Positions 45,298-56,400 of a stretch of DNA of 64,000 nucleotides are shown in pieces (position 1 is the first letter of the stretch; every line of letters starts with the position of its first letter). Below the pieces are notes generated by a model. The model ran no database searches. It saw only the letters and a program-made list of their open reading frames with translations, and was not told the origin of the DNA. Origin of the DNA: an uncultured Planctomycetia bacterium (GTDB lineage Bacteria; Omnitrophota; Gorgyraeia; Duberdicusellales; 4484-171). A program made the translations under genes and the position numbers. The DNA is taken from contig CAZAYU010000002.1 in the NCBI GenBank assembly GCA_964489445.1, positions 269,020-333,019 of the forward strand, given 5' to 3'.

Positions 45298-46811
45298 TGA
45301 AAGTTTATTTAGCCGGATACAATATTGATGCAGAAGTCTTAGAAGAGCTTAAATCAAAATCAGAGCCACGGGATGATGTTACTCCAGAAGTAATATCAGC
45401 GGCTTACGCTCGGATAAGTCGTGATCCACGCCCAGTAAATGAGCTACGAAAGGATGCCCGTAGTGAGGTGGAAAAAACTCGTAAGTCAAACAAAACGATT
45501 ATTTTTAAGATGGGTCACCATTCAGTTGCTGAACATGCGGTATTTAACTTGGATATTCTAGGAGTTTCCCGTTTAAGCATGGAGGAGATAGAAAAATTCC
45601 GACTTTGTTCCTACACTGAAAAATCGCAAAGATATATTACACTAGATAAAGGATTTGTGGTGCCACAAGAGGTTAAAGGCACTAGGCTTGAAGATGAATT
45701 TGTTAAGATTATCCAAAAACAGAATCAGGCCTACACATATTTATTTAAACAGTTAAAGGAGCATGAGTTTAAGAAACATTCCCAATTAGCTAACGATCCT
45801 AAAAACCATAGTTTATTGGAAGGATGGGCGAAGGAAGATGCTCGTTATGTTACTGGGTTATCTACGGAATCGCAAGTTGGGCTAACTGTTAATGCTCGGA
45901 ATTTAGAATTAATGCTGCGGCGGTTTGCTTCTCACCATTTGTTGGAGGTTAATAATCTAGGTAAGGCTATTTATGATCAAATAAAGGCAGTAGCCCCGTC
46001 TATTCTTATTTTTTATGAGGCTAATGCACGTGATAAAAATACATATCCTGAATTAAAAAAAACGAGTGATGAGGTTGTCAAAAAGGTAAACGTTAGTGGC
46101 TACCAAAATTTAACAAATGATGTTCAATTGTCAGAATTTACAGAAAACGGCGATAATGTCATTGTTGCCGCGTTATTGCATTCTTCCACAAGCTTACCTT
46201 ATGGGCAGTGTAAAAAAATAGTTGAATGTTATTCCTCAGCAGAAAAGGAAAATATTTTCAAAGCGGCTTGGCGAAATTTACAATTTTATGATTCCTTGCC
46301 TAGAGAATTTGAATATGTTAATTTAACGTTTGACATAGAATTGTCAGCAGCATGTTTTGGGCAATTAAAAAGGCACCGGATGTCAACAATTACTACTCAA
46401 GGTTATGATCCGCTATTGGGAGTTATTATTCCGGAGTCAATTAATGAAATTGGGCAAGCCGGTTATTTCCAAGAAATTATTGAGCAAACGAATAGATTAC
46501 ATGATGAGCTAAAAAAAGAAATTCCGCAAGTTGCTTCTTATATTTTGACTAATGCTCATAAAAGAAGAGCGTTGATTAGAGTAAATGCTCGTGAACTTTA
46601 TCATATATCACGGTTAAGAGAAGACTCTCATGCTCAATGGGATATTCAAAATATTTCTCATGCAATGACTGAACAAGCTAAAAAAGTAATGCCGCTTGTG
46701 TTTAGACTAATCGGGGGTAAAGATCAGTACAACCAGACGTATAAAGCTGTTTTTAAAAAGCTGCCTAAAGTAATTCAAGCAGTCTTACCTGAAGCAAGAA
46801 AGATAAAGTAA
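45297..46811 (+). CDS. thyX: FAD-dependent thymidylate synthase with two tandem ThyX domains
   Basis: GH.SVAEH, YTEKSQRY, EDARY, NARNL in domain 1; QLKRHR, NARELYH..LR...HAQWDI in domain 2. Confidence 0.9.
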   Translation: MKVYLAGYNIDAEVLEELKSKSEPRDDVTPEVISAAYARISRDPRPVNELRKDARSEVEKTRKSNKTIIFKMGHHSVAEHAVFNLDILGVSRLSMEEIEKFRLCSYTEKSQRYITLDKGFVVPQEVKGTRLEDEFVKIIQKQNQAYTYLFKQLKEHEFKKHSQLANDPKNHSLLEGWAKEDARYVTGLSTESQVGLTVNARNLELMLRRFASHHLLEVNNLGKAIYDQIKAVAPSILIFYEANARDKNTYPELKKTSDEVVKKVNVSGYQNLTNDVQLSEFTENGDNVIVAALLHSSTSLPYGQCKKIVECYSSAEKENIFKAAWRNLQFYDSLPREFEYVNLTFDIELSAACFGQLKRHRMSTITTQGYDPLLGVIIPESINEIGQAGYFQEIIEQTNRLHDELKKEIPQVASYILTNAHKRRALIRVNARELYHISRLREDSHAQWDIQNISHAMTEQAKKVMPLVFRLIGGKDQYNQTYKAVFKKLPKVIQAVLPEARKIK

Positions 46812-47016
46812 AAATAATGCTTACAGCAAGGTAAATAATACTTGAGTAGAAATGGTATTTACGAAAGATTATAATTAGGTGGTATTTTTAGTAAACAGAT
46901 GGTATTTTTTTGGCAAAAATAAGGATTTTATATTCTTGCGCTGTCAACAAAAAGTGCTAAAATATTGCTGTTTGGAGCAATAGGTAAGATAGACCATAAG
47001 GGTATTAGTACTAAAA

Positions 47017-49056
47017 ATGAAATTTTTAGAAGAATACGAAAAGATAAGAACTTTTTTTAAAGGAGTTGTTTCCGAACCGACAGACAGAAAATTTGATCTT
47101 TCGGTTCTTGGTGAAATAGCTAAAGCAATTTCATACACTTCAGAGCATCAGTTGCTATTAAAATTGATAATGTCAGAATTATCAAAGATTATCGAGTATG
47201 ATCTTTGTGCAGCATTATTTTTTGAGTCTGATACGGTGAATATCATTTTTAAGCCACTTAATTTGCAAGCTTTAAACTATAAGCATGTTATAAGGAAAAG
47301 TCTTGTTGAGTCTGCTAGTTTGTTAACTGGAGAAGATATCCAGGAAAAAGAAATAAAGGAAATACTGATTCCTTTTGATGAAAATAATTGTGGTACCGTT
47401 CAGAAAGGCTGCGAAGAACTTCGTTCTTTTTTTAATGTTCCGTTTTCTATGTATGGGCGAATTGTCGGAATGATTAACCTTGCTAGCTGCAAAAATAATG
47501 CATTTAGTGAAGGTGACGTAAAAGGAATTTATACTATTATAAATCAAACGTCTAATGCTATTGGTAGATTGCAGAAAGCAGTTACTGCCGAAAAAACAAG
47601 AATGGAGTCAATGGTCAAAAGTATCCCCGAAGGGGTGATCATGCTTGATCAAAAGGATGAAGTGGTTGTTTTTAATCCACAAGCAAGAATGATGCTCGGT
47701 TTTGGACTAAATATTTCGGTGACTAGTAAGGTTTTAAATGAGAAACTAAGATTATTTGGGCTCGACAAGATGTTTAAGGAGTCACATCGTGAGATGCGCT
47801 CAATTGTTCGAGAAATTAATATTGTTCAGAAAAACAAGAGCGTGGTGTTTCGTAGCAGTATATCTCCGGTAAAAGACATAGAAGGAAAGATTATCGGGAT
47901 AGTAGCCATCTTAAGAGATATTACCCGGGAAAAAGAAATGGACAGGATGAAAACAGAATTCATCTCTATTGTTTCCCATGAATTGCGTACTCCATTGACC
48001 ACAATGAAGGAATTTACGGCAATTATTGCTGATGAAATACCCGGAAAATTAACTGAAGGGCAGAGAGAGTATGTTAATATTATACAAGGAAATATTGACC
48101 GCTTGGCTCGGTTAATTGGCAATCTTTTAAATATTTCAAAAATAGAATCAGGGACTACAGAGCTAAAAAAAGAATTAGTAGATGTTGTAAAGATAGTAGA
48201 AAGTGTGGTGCTTACGCTTAGGCCGGGAATTAACGAGAAAAAGATAAATCTTAGGATTGTGCCTTATTCTCCGCAAATAGCTATTTATGCTGACTCTGAT
48301 AGTGTATTCCAAATATTTACCAATCTAATTAATAACGCTATTAAATTTACGCCGGATAGTGGAGAGATTATCGTTAAAATGGTTGATAAACATAAAGAAG
48401 TCGAATTTATTGTTAAGGATACAGGAATCGGTATTGCTTCAGAAAGCATTGATAAAGTTTTTGATCGTTTTCAGCAGTTTGGGCGAACAACTGGTTCGGG
48501 TGAGAAGGGGACAGGATTAGGCTTAGCGATAACCAAAGAGTTAATCAAAGAGCACCAAGGTAAAATATGGGTAAAATCAGAATTAGAAGAAGGAACTAAA
48601 TTCTACTTTCTTTTACCAAAATATGATCCTAAGTCGTTATTGAAATCCTTACTGAAAGAGTGTATCTGTTCTGGAGAAGATAAAGCGTCTGGCCAATTAA
48701 CAAAGGTTAGTTTAGTTAAAATGTCTTTAGTTGATCCGGAAAGATTAAGGCAAGAGTTATCTGGTGGTTTGCTTGATTCAGCGCTAAGAGGTATGGAAGA
48801 TGTTCTGCGAGATAGTTTGCGTAGCAGTGAAGAGGGAGATACAGTAATTAATGTGTCTATGGGTTCAGTAGTTGTTTTAGCTGATTGTGATAAGCAAGGC
48901 ATGCTAAAAGTAAAAAAGAGGTTAAATAGCGCGTTGGATAGTTATTTAGTCAGAAGAAAGCTATCTGACAAAATAGAATTTTATTTTGATTGCTTGACTT
49001 ATCCTGATGATGTGCAATCTGCAGAAGATATGATTAGCAAGGTAGATATTTCATGA
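47017..49056 (+). CDS. Cytoplasmic sensor histidine kinase (GAF-PAS-HisKA-HATPase plus C-terminal extension)
   Basis: SHELRTPL, NLINNAIKFT, DTGIGI, FDRF, GTGLGLAI; no TM segment. Confidence 0.93.
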   Translation: MKFLEEYEKIRTFFKGVVSEPTDRKFDLSVLGEIAKAISYTSEHQLLLKLIMSELSKIIEYDLCAALFFESDTVNIIFKPLNLQALNYKHVIRKSLVESASLLTGEDIQEKEIKEILIPFDENNCGTVQKGCEELRSFFNVPFSMYGRIVGMINLASCKNNAFSEGDVKGIYTIINQTSNAIGRLQKAVTAEKTRMESMVKSIPEGVIMLDQKDEVVVFNPQARMMLGFGLNISVTSKVLNEKLRLFGLDKMFKESHREMRSIVREINIVQKNKSVVFRSSISPVKDIEGKIIGIVAILRDITREKEMDRMKTEFISIVSHELRTPLTTMKEFTAIIADEIPGKLTEGQREYVNIIQGNIDRLARLIGNLLNISKIESGTTELKKELVDVVKIVESVVLTLRPGINEKKINLRIVPYSPQIAIYADSDSVFQIFTNLINNAIKFTPDSGEIIVKMVDKHKEVEFIVKDTGIGIASESIDKVFDRFQQFGRTTGSGEKGTGLGLAITKELIKEHQGKIWVKSELEEGTKFYFLLPKYDPKSLLKSLLKECICSGEDKASGQLTKVSLVKMSLVDPERLRQELSGGLLDSALRGMEDVLRDSLRSSEEGDTVINVSMGSVVVLADCDKQGMLKVKKRLNSALDSYLVRRKLSDKIEFYFDCLTYPDDVQSAEDMISKVDIS

Positions 49057-49095
49057 ATGTATAATAAGCGTATCTAACAAGAAAATAACTTAAAA

Positions 49096-49464
49096 ATGTC
49101 AAAAAAACGAATATTAGTAGTTGAAGATGAGCAAGAATTAATTAAAGCTGTTCAAATTAGGCTTAAATACTCTGGCTATGAAGTATTATCTGCTTGTAAT
49201 GGCCGAGAAGGTTTAGAAGTAGCGCGCAAGGAAAAACCGGATTTGATTTTGTTAGATATGATGATGCCGGAGATGGATGGTTTAACAATGCTTTCTCGTT
49301 TAAAGAACTCTTCTGATATCAAACATATACCAGTTATTATGCTTACCGCAAAAGCACAAAGTGACGATATTGCTCAGGCTAGCAAGCTTGGGGCTTTTGA
49401 CTATGTTGTTAAGCCGTTTACTTCGCAAATATTATTAGAAAAAATTAGAAAAGCTATTTCTTAA
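49096..49464 (+). CDS. Single-domain response regulator
   Basis: ILVVEDE, PDLILLD.MMP.MDG, MLTA, KPF. Confidence 0.94.
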   Translation: MSKKRILVVEDEQELIKAVQIRLKYSGYEVLSACNGREGLEVARKEKPDLILLDMMMPEMDGLTMLSRLKNSSDIKHIPVIMLTAKAQSDDIAQASKLGAFDYVVKPFTSQILLEKIRKAIS

Positions 49465-49500
49465 AATAATTTTTTCTAGATTAACTGAGTGTAACATTTT

Positions 49501-49872
49501 ATGGATAAGAAAAGAATATTAGTAATTGAAGATGAGCAACAGCTTGTCAAGGCGATTAAAATCAGGCTTGAATATTCAGGTTATGAAGTGTTAATTGCTG
49601 GTGATGGCCAAGAGGGATTGGATAAAGTTTGCCAGGAGAATCCGGATTTAATTTTGTTAGACGCAATGATGCCTAAAATGGATGGATATCATGTCTGTGG
49701 TTCGCTCAAAGCTGATTCTCGATATAACAAAATTCCGATAATTATGCTTACCGCTAAAGCTCAGGAAGAAGATAAGATGTTGGGTGAGAAAGTTGGCGCT
49801 GATGCCTACATTGCTAAGCCGTTTGATCACAAGATATTGCTGGGTAAGATAAAAAAGCTGTTAACAGCATAA
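49501..49872 (+). CDS. Single-domain response regulator (paralog of preceding gene)
   Basis: ILVIEDE, PDLILLD.MMP.MDG, MLTA, KPF. Confidence 0.94.
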   Translation: MDKKRILVIEDEQQLVKAIKIRLEYSGYEVLIAGDGQEGLDKVCQENPDLILLDAMMPKMDGYHVCGSLKADSRYNKIPIIMLTAKAQEEDKMLGEKVGADAYIAKPFDHKILLGKIKKLLTA

Positions 49873-49972
49873 TTTATTTATCTATAGAATGATAATCCCA
49901 CCTGAAGTAGCCTTGTCATATTTTTTTAATTAAGAGATAATATTCATAGTAAATCAAAAAAAAGGAGGCAAA

Positions 49973-50320
49973 ATGTGTAAGGGTGCAAAAACAATTTTTA
50001 TATTGATGCTATTGTTATTTACTCTGCTTAGTGGGTACGGAAAAGACAATCTAAACAATAGTAGTTGTCAGACAAAAACTGTTGAAGGAAGAGTGGTAGA
50101 GACAGACTGGGTTAGCTCAGCGTTAGTGATAGAATCTTTGGGTAATAATTATACATTCAAGGTGCCTAAGAGTGCTAAAATTATTAATGGTAGCGAGACG
50201 GTCAATTTTAGTGATGTGGAAGCAAGTGATCCAGTTTCTGTTGAATACTATGAAGATAATAATGGGAGCTTGATTGTAAAAAATATTACTTTGAAGAATG
50301 TTCTAGGATATGATTGGTAA
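49973..50320 (+). CDS. Small exported beta-rich hypothetical protein (OB-fold-like)
   Basis: Strong AGGAGG RBS, signal peptide, GRV..D...L.I, D.V.VEY pattern. Confidence 0.7.
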   Translation: MCKGAKTIFILMLLLFTLLSGYGKDNLNNSSCQTKTVEGRVVETDWVSSALVIESLGNNYTFKVPKSAKIINGSETVNFSDVEASDPVSVEYYEDNNGSLIVKNITLKNVLGYDW

Positions 50321-50353
50321 ACATATTCCTTTAGACTATTCAAAAGGAGAAAT

Positions 50354-50770
50354 ATGAAGGTAGAGAGAGCAAGGGCATTCATTGGTAGGTTTAAAGCTAA
50401 CTCGGATCTTTTGTTGTCATTGACTGATTTTTGCCGGGAAGAGGGTATATCGCTAGGAGTGTTCTCGATCATTGGTGCGGTAATTGGAGTAAAACTAGGC
50501 TATTATAATCAGGATGAGAAGCAGTATGCCGAATGTTTTAGCTTGGATAAAAAATTAGAAATATCTTTTTGTAGTGGCAACATATCATTAAGCAATTCTG
50601 CAGTGTTTGTTCATGCCCATATTAGCCTAGCTGACCATCAAGGCCAGACTTATGGAGGGCACTTAATGCCCGGTTCAATAGTATTTGCCGCTGAGTATTA
50701 TATCCAGGAGCTTTCCGGTGCAAAACTAGAGCGCCGCTACGATTCAGAGACTGGACTTAATCTATGGTAG
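50354..50770 (+). CDS. PPC/DUF296 domain protein
   Basis: DLL.SL, IGAV, LEI..C.GNI, HAHISLAD, GGHL. Confidence 0.9.
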   Translation: MKVERARAFIGRFKANSDLLLSLTDFCREEGISLGVFSIIGAVIGVKLGYYNQDEKQYAECFSLDKKLEISFCSGNISLSNSAVFVHAHISLADHQGQTYGGHLMPGSIVFAAEYYIQELSGAKLERRYDSETGLNLW

Positions 50771-50787
50771 CTTAAAAATACGTAGGA

Positions 50788-51745
50788 ATGATTCACGAGT
50801 CAGCATTAAATGCAATTTTCATAAATTCTCTTAGCCTAACAAAGGATGAGTCTTGCCTTATTGTTACTGATACAATCAAAGAAAGCCTTGGGCAAAATTT
50901 ATTTTCCTACGCTAAAACAATAAGCTCAAAAACTAAGATTATCGTTGTTGATGTTTCTCGAGAGCATGCTCTGAGAGCCATCTCCAGAAGTTGGGAATAT
51001 GATGCTCAACTATGATGTCTTAGTTCTGGCAACTAATAAATCACTAACACATACCCAAGCTAGAATAAATGCTACTTTACATGGCGCTCGGATAGCCACA
51101 ATGCCTTCGGTTACTGAAGAGATTATTAATCGTTGCCTTGATGTTGACTATCTAAAACTGAGACAAAATTCAGAGAATATTTACAATCTGTTTAAAGAGT
51201 CCCAGATGGTGCGTATTACTACTAAATTAGGCACTAGCATTTCGTTTACAGTGGGAAACAGCAAATTTTTTGGACGTAATGGTGGAATTCTTAATTATTC
51301 TGGTGCTTATGGTAATTTACCAGAAGGAGAAGTGTCTTTTTCCCCTAGTTCTTCGGAAGGAACGTATGTTGTAGATGTTTCTTTTCCAAATTTAGGAATT
51401 TTAAATTCCCCGTTAATTTTTCGTGTTAAAGGTGGAATAGTTTGTGATATTCAAGGAGAGCAGTCTCTGGTAGTAAAAAAACGTCTTTCCCAAGCAGGCA
51501 AAAATGCTTATAAAGTAGCAGAACTAGGTATTGGCCTTAACCCAAAAGCAAAGTTTTCTGGTAATGTTTTAGAAGATGAAAAGGTTATTGGAAGTGTACA
51601 TATTGCTACGGGAAATAATCTTTCGTATGGCGGAACAAATAATATCCAGTTACATTTAGACGGAGTTATTAGCCAGCCGAGCATTTATGTTGACAGACAT
51701 AAAATTATGGATAACGGAATATTCTGTGATTCCTTGATTGTCTGA
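50788..51745 (+). pseudogene. M29-like aminopeptidase split by a +1 frameshift near 50974 (pseudogene or sequencing error)
   Basis: REHA..EPSPEVGNMMLNYDV reads through on a frame change; GNLPEGEV, ELGIGLNP, EDEKV.G.VHIA.G, HLD. Confidence 0.8.
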
Positions 51746-51784
51746 ATATCCAGTTTTTAAATTTTTAGAAATGTTAACAGCAGA

Positions 51785-52078
51785 TTATTTAACATTTAGC
51801 TGTTTATCTAGCTGGGAAATTTTAAATACCTTTTTTGTGTAAGAGCAAGCACCAACTATTAGGAAGTTTTCCGGTTTTACTTTCTTTGATGCCTGAAGAC
51901 AAATTCGTAAGAATCCTGAAGCAATATAGTTTACTTTTTCAAGATTAAATACAACTGGTGTTCCCGCTTCTGCTATTTTTTCTAAAAGATTTTCTTCCCA
52001 TTTTATACAATTGGTGCTGTCTAGTCTTCCTGAAAAGGAACAAATCAATTTTTCTTTTTCTTCGGTAAATTTGACCAT
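51785..52078 (-). CDS. STAS-domain anti-sigma factor antagonist
   Basis: SGRLDS, VVFNL..V.YIASGFLR, KVFKIS; AGGAGG RBS. Confidence 0.9.
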   Translation of the reverse strand: MVKFTEEKEKLICSFSGRLDSTNCIKWEENLLEKIAEAGTPVVFNLEKVNYIASGFLRICLQASKKVKPENFLIVGACSYTKKVFKISQLDKQLNVK

Positions 52079-52366
52079 GAGCCTCCTTTTTTTTGTTAAT
52101 TAAGTGTAGAACAATTTTATCATTCAAGCTGTAAAAGTCAAAATAAAACAAATAGTATTTTTGAGATGGCATTTATAAGCTTGAATTAGCCTAAAAATAA
52201 TAAAAATGCAATGAATAACCTAAAAAGGCTTACAAAATAAAAACTTAAAATTTAAGTTCATAAAAGGTTAACCAGATATGTTTGTGGTATTTATTTCATA
52301 GTGCTATAATAAACAAAACTCAAAAAGATACATATAACAGATTAAAGATCAGGAGGCAGGTAAGGC

Positions 52367-53425
52367 ATGGAATTTGTAACAGTAGTGTTGTTAGGAATAA
52401 TTGGATTATTAATAATTCTTATATTAATATTTTTTTTTAAAAAACCAGTTGTAGATATTTCTGCAAAAATTGATGCTTCTCTGCGTGAGCAATTTATTAA
52501 TTTTCAGTCTTCAATACATAAAGAGATAGATACTGCCCGCCAGGAGATTGGTCGTTCGAAGGATTTAATTTCTGATCATACAGTAAAAACAATCGATACA
52601 ATAAAAGACATGGGTGCGGCTATGCATAAGATTGTTCAACAGCAGGAAGAGGCTCAACAATTGGGGCGGTCGTTAAAAGATTTATTGCAGGTTCCCAAAC
52701 TCAGAGGAAACTATGGAGAGGCAATACTGGAAGAAATGCTAGAAAGGGTATTGCCTAAAGGAATTTGGGAACGTCAATACTTAATCGAAGGACGTGAACA
52801 GGTTGACGCGGTAGTAAAAATAAAAGATGTAATTATTCCTATTGATGCAAAGTTTCCTCGTGATGACTATCAAAAGTATTTAGAAGCGCCTTCTTTAGAA
52901 GAAAAAAATAAATATTGGAAAAGCTATGAAAATGCTTTAAAAATTCAAATTAAAAGCATTAATAATAAGTATGTTAAACCGGAAAAAGGAACTGCAGACT
53001 TTGCATTAATGTTTATTCCTTCCGAAGCAATATATTATGAGACTATTGCCGAGAAAAATTATCTTAACCAGCCTTCGCGGATATATGAGTATGCCCAGAA
53101 TAATAAAGTTATACCAGTCAGCCCAAATACATTTTATGCTTTTTTACAGATTATTATAATTAGCGTGCGTAATTTAGAAGTTGTTAAAAATGCGAAGAAA
53201 TTTCAATCTGGTTTATTAAGCTTGGAGAAGTCATTTGATTTCTTTTATCGTAAACATGAAGAAGCCGGCAAGTTAATAGAGAAGGCTGCAGAAGCTTACC
53301 GACTTAGTGGAGGGCATGTTGCTAGGTATAAGCGCCAATTGGAGCGAACACTTGAGATAGACGGATTCCAAGGGACGACAGCTAATCACTTAGAAAGTGA
53401 AATGACTGAAAATAATGGGTCTTAA
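52367..53425 (+). CDS. rmuC: DNA recombination protein RmuC
   Basis: N-terminal TM, coiled coil, RGNYGE..LE, IPIDAKFP, KYVKP..T.DFALMFIP.E, VSPNT. Confidence 0.93.
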   Translation: MEFVTVVLLGIIGLLIILILIFFFKKPVVDISAKIDASLREQFINFQSSIHKEIDTARQEIGRSKDLISDHTVKTIDTIKDMGAAMHKIVQQQEEAQQLGRSLKDLLQVPKLRGNYGEAILEEMLERVLPKGIWERQYLIEGREQVDAVVKIKDVIIPIDAKFPRDDYQKYLEAPSLEEKNKYWKSYENALKIQIKSINNKYVKPEKGTADFALMFIPSEAIYYETIAEKNYLNQPSRIYEYAQNNKVIPVSPNTFYAFLQIIIISVRNLEVVKNAKKFQSGLLSLEKSFDFFYRKHEEAGKLIEKAAEAYRLSGGHVARYKRQLERTLEIDGFQGTTANHLESEMTENNGS

Positions 53426-53449
53426 ATTGGTGCATGTCTTAATAAAAGA

Positions 53450-56400
53450 CTAGTTGTGTTTTTTTGCTGCAGTTGAGCGGCTAAGCTCGAAACGATCCAA
53501 GAACTTTTCTTGAAATTCTTGCATATAGAGAAATATCCCCGGAGTAACAAACAGAGTTATTACTTGCGCAAAGGCTAATCCGCCGACAATAATTAAACCT
53601 AAAGGTTGACGCGAGGCACCGTCAGCGCCAAAGCCAAGAGCAATGGGGATTGCTCCCATTATTGTGGACATGCCGGTCATTAAGATTGGCCGAAAACGGG
53701 TAAGGCAGGCATTGTGTATAGCTTCAAAGCTAGAAGTTGTTCCTTCTGCTAAGTTCTGGTTAGCAAAATCAACCATCATAATCCCATTTTTAGAAACTAT
53801 ACCTAATAGCATGAACATTCCAATATACGCGTACATAGACAATTCTGATCCTAAAATCAGAAGGGTAGCTAAGCCACCAAAAGCGGCTACTGGTAGAGTG
53901 GTTAATACAGTAAGCGGATGGATATAGCTTTCATAAAGGATGCCCAAAATAACATACATCAAAAATACAGAAACTAGCAGCAGAATTCCCATGCTGGCTA
54001 CAGCTTCTTCAAACTCTTGTGCTTCTCCTTGGAATGTTCCACTGATGCCTGGCTCCAAAATATCTTTAGCAGCATTGGCTAATGCTTTAGTGGCTGTGCC
54101 TAAAGCAATATTTGTTTCTAGGTTAAAAGAAATGGTTGCGGAGTTAAGTTGATCGAAATGGGGCACATTTTGAGGTCCCACTTCTTCTTTCCACTGGGCT
54201 AAGGAGTCCAGAGGGATGAGCTTGTTAGTTATTCCTGAACGGACGTATATTTGGGATAAGTTTTGAGGAATTTTTTGATAATTTTTATTAAGCTCGACAA
54301 TAACGTCGTATTGGTCAACATCTGTTTTGTAAGTGGTTACTTTTCCTCCGGCATAAGCAAGGCTTAAGGCATATTCTATATCTTTGGCAGTGATTCCCAA
54401 AGTAGAGGCACGGTCTCTAAATATTTTTATTTTTAACTGAGGCATATTAAGTTTTACGCTATTTTGAATTCCGGTAAAACCGGGAAGAATCTTCATTTCT
54501 TTTTCTAACTTTAAGGCACAGCGGTAAAGTTGATCACGATTTTCGCCGTTGATAGTATACGAGTACTTGCTTCCTGTAGCTGTGCTTTCACCGCCGGTGC
54601 TTAAGTTAAGCGCGGGCATTGCTTGGACATAAGTAAAACCTAAAGGAATACTTGCCAAACTTACTCTTAGCTCTTGAACTACTTTTTGAATGATTTTTCT
54701 TTTGTTGGGTGGTTTTAAAATTGCAATAACTGGCCCTGTGCTTTGGTCAGCACCTGGTTGTGCTCCAGTTACGGTTAAAATTTGTTCTACTGCCGGATTT
54801 GCTTTTAATGTTTGGTTTATTTTGTTTTGGAATTGTCTAATTTTTTCAGTAGATGTTCCCTGAGCTGTAACCATTTGGCCCATTATTGCTCCGCTGTCTC
54901 CTTCGGGAATAAATGTTTTAGGGAGAACTATAAATAGCCAAAACGTTCCCAAAAGACAGATTGCCCATAATAAAATAGAGATAAAGCGGTGTTCAAGGAC
55001 CCATCTTAAAGCGGTTCCGTATTGGTTAGTAAGTATATTAACAAATCTATTAATAAAAATTTCTAATTTTGTTTTTTGAGACTTTGTTCCTTTTAGCATT
55101 CGAGCACACATCATGGGAGTTAAGGTAAGAGCCATTAACGTTGAAAAAGCTATTGCGATTATAACTGTCAATGCAAATTCTTTAAAATTTCGGCCAACAA
55201 TCCCTCCCATGAACACTAAAGGGATAAACACAATCATTAAAGAGACGCTTGTAGAGATGACTGTTCCGGTAATTTCCTTCATGCTGTTTATGGCTGCGTT
55301 TAGTGGTTTTTTTCCGGCAGCAATATGACGGTCGCTATTTTCTAAAACTACGATAGCATCATCTACTAAAAATCCTACTGAAAGAGTGAGAGCCATCAAG
55401 GAGAGAGTGTCTAGACTAAAACCACAAGCGAGCATAATTGCAAATGTTCCGACAAGTGTTAGAGGGAGAACTGTTGCCGGAATGATTGTATCTGCGAATC
55501 GCCCGATAAATAAAAATATTACTAGAATAACGAGAAGCAGCGCTAGAACAATTGTGCCTTTTACGTCGTTTACTGATTCAATTATTTTGACGGATTTATC
55601 ATAGAAAATATCTAAATTTACTGAAGCTGGTATTTGGATTCTAAGTTCTTCGATGGTTTTTCTAATTTTTGCACTCAACGCAACAGTATTAGCTCCGGCG
55701 GCTCTGCGAATAGCCAGGCATACTCCTCCGGCACGGATTTTCCCTTGAGCATGTCCATACATTACACGAACTACGTCATTTTGGAGACTATCAATACAGT
55801 TTGCTACATCTTTAAGTTTTATCGGGGCATTATTGCGGTAGGCAATAATAAGCTTTTGGTAGTCTTGAGCGCTAGTTAACTGACCCTCAGGTTCAAGAGA
55901 AAAAGTGTGTGCTTGACCATTTAAGCTTCCAGCGGGTATTGTAACAGTACCCGCTTTGACTGCTTGTGCAACTTCATCAATTCCAATTTCTAATGAAGCA
56001 AGTTTACCAGGATCAACTTGGATGCGGATAGCAGTTTTCGCTCCCCATACTTGGACTTGGGACACTCCTTCAACCATGCTTATTTTTTGCCCAATTGTTC
56101 GATTGCCAAAGTCGTATAGCTGTCCGGGGGTGAGAGTATCTGAAGTTACCATTAAATAGAATATTGGAGAATCAGAAGGATTGTTCTTGGAATATATTGG
56201 CTGTTGAGGTAGATCGCTGGGAAGATTTGGCATTGCTCGGGAAATGGCTGCTTGGACATCCGGAGCAGCTAAATCTACATTACGGTTTAAATCAAAAGTT
56301 AACGTAATTGAAGTTTGGCCTTCAGTATTATCAGAAATGACACTTTGCAGGCCGGGAATTTGCATACATTCATTTTCTAAAGGGGAAGCCACAGTAGAAG

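Noticed and set aside
46853-46907. Three TGGTATTT copies upstream of the histidine kinase
   Set aside because: Irregular spacing (27 and 20 bp) and resemblance to common extended -10 sequence.
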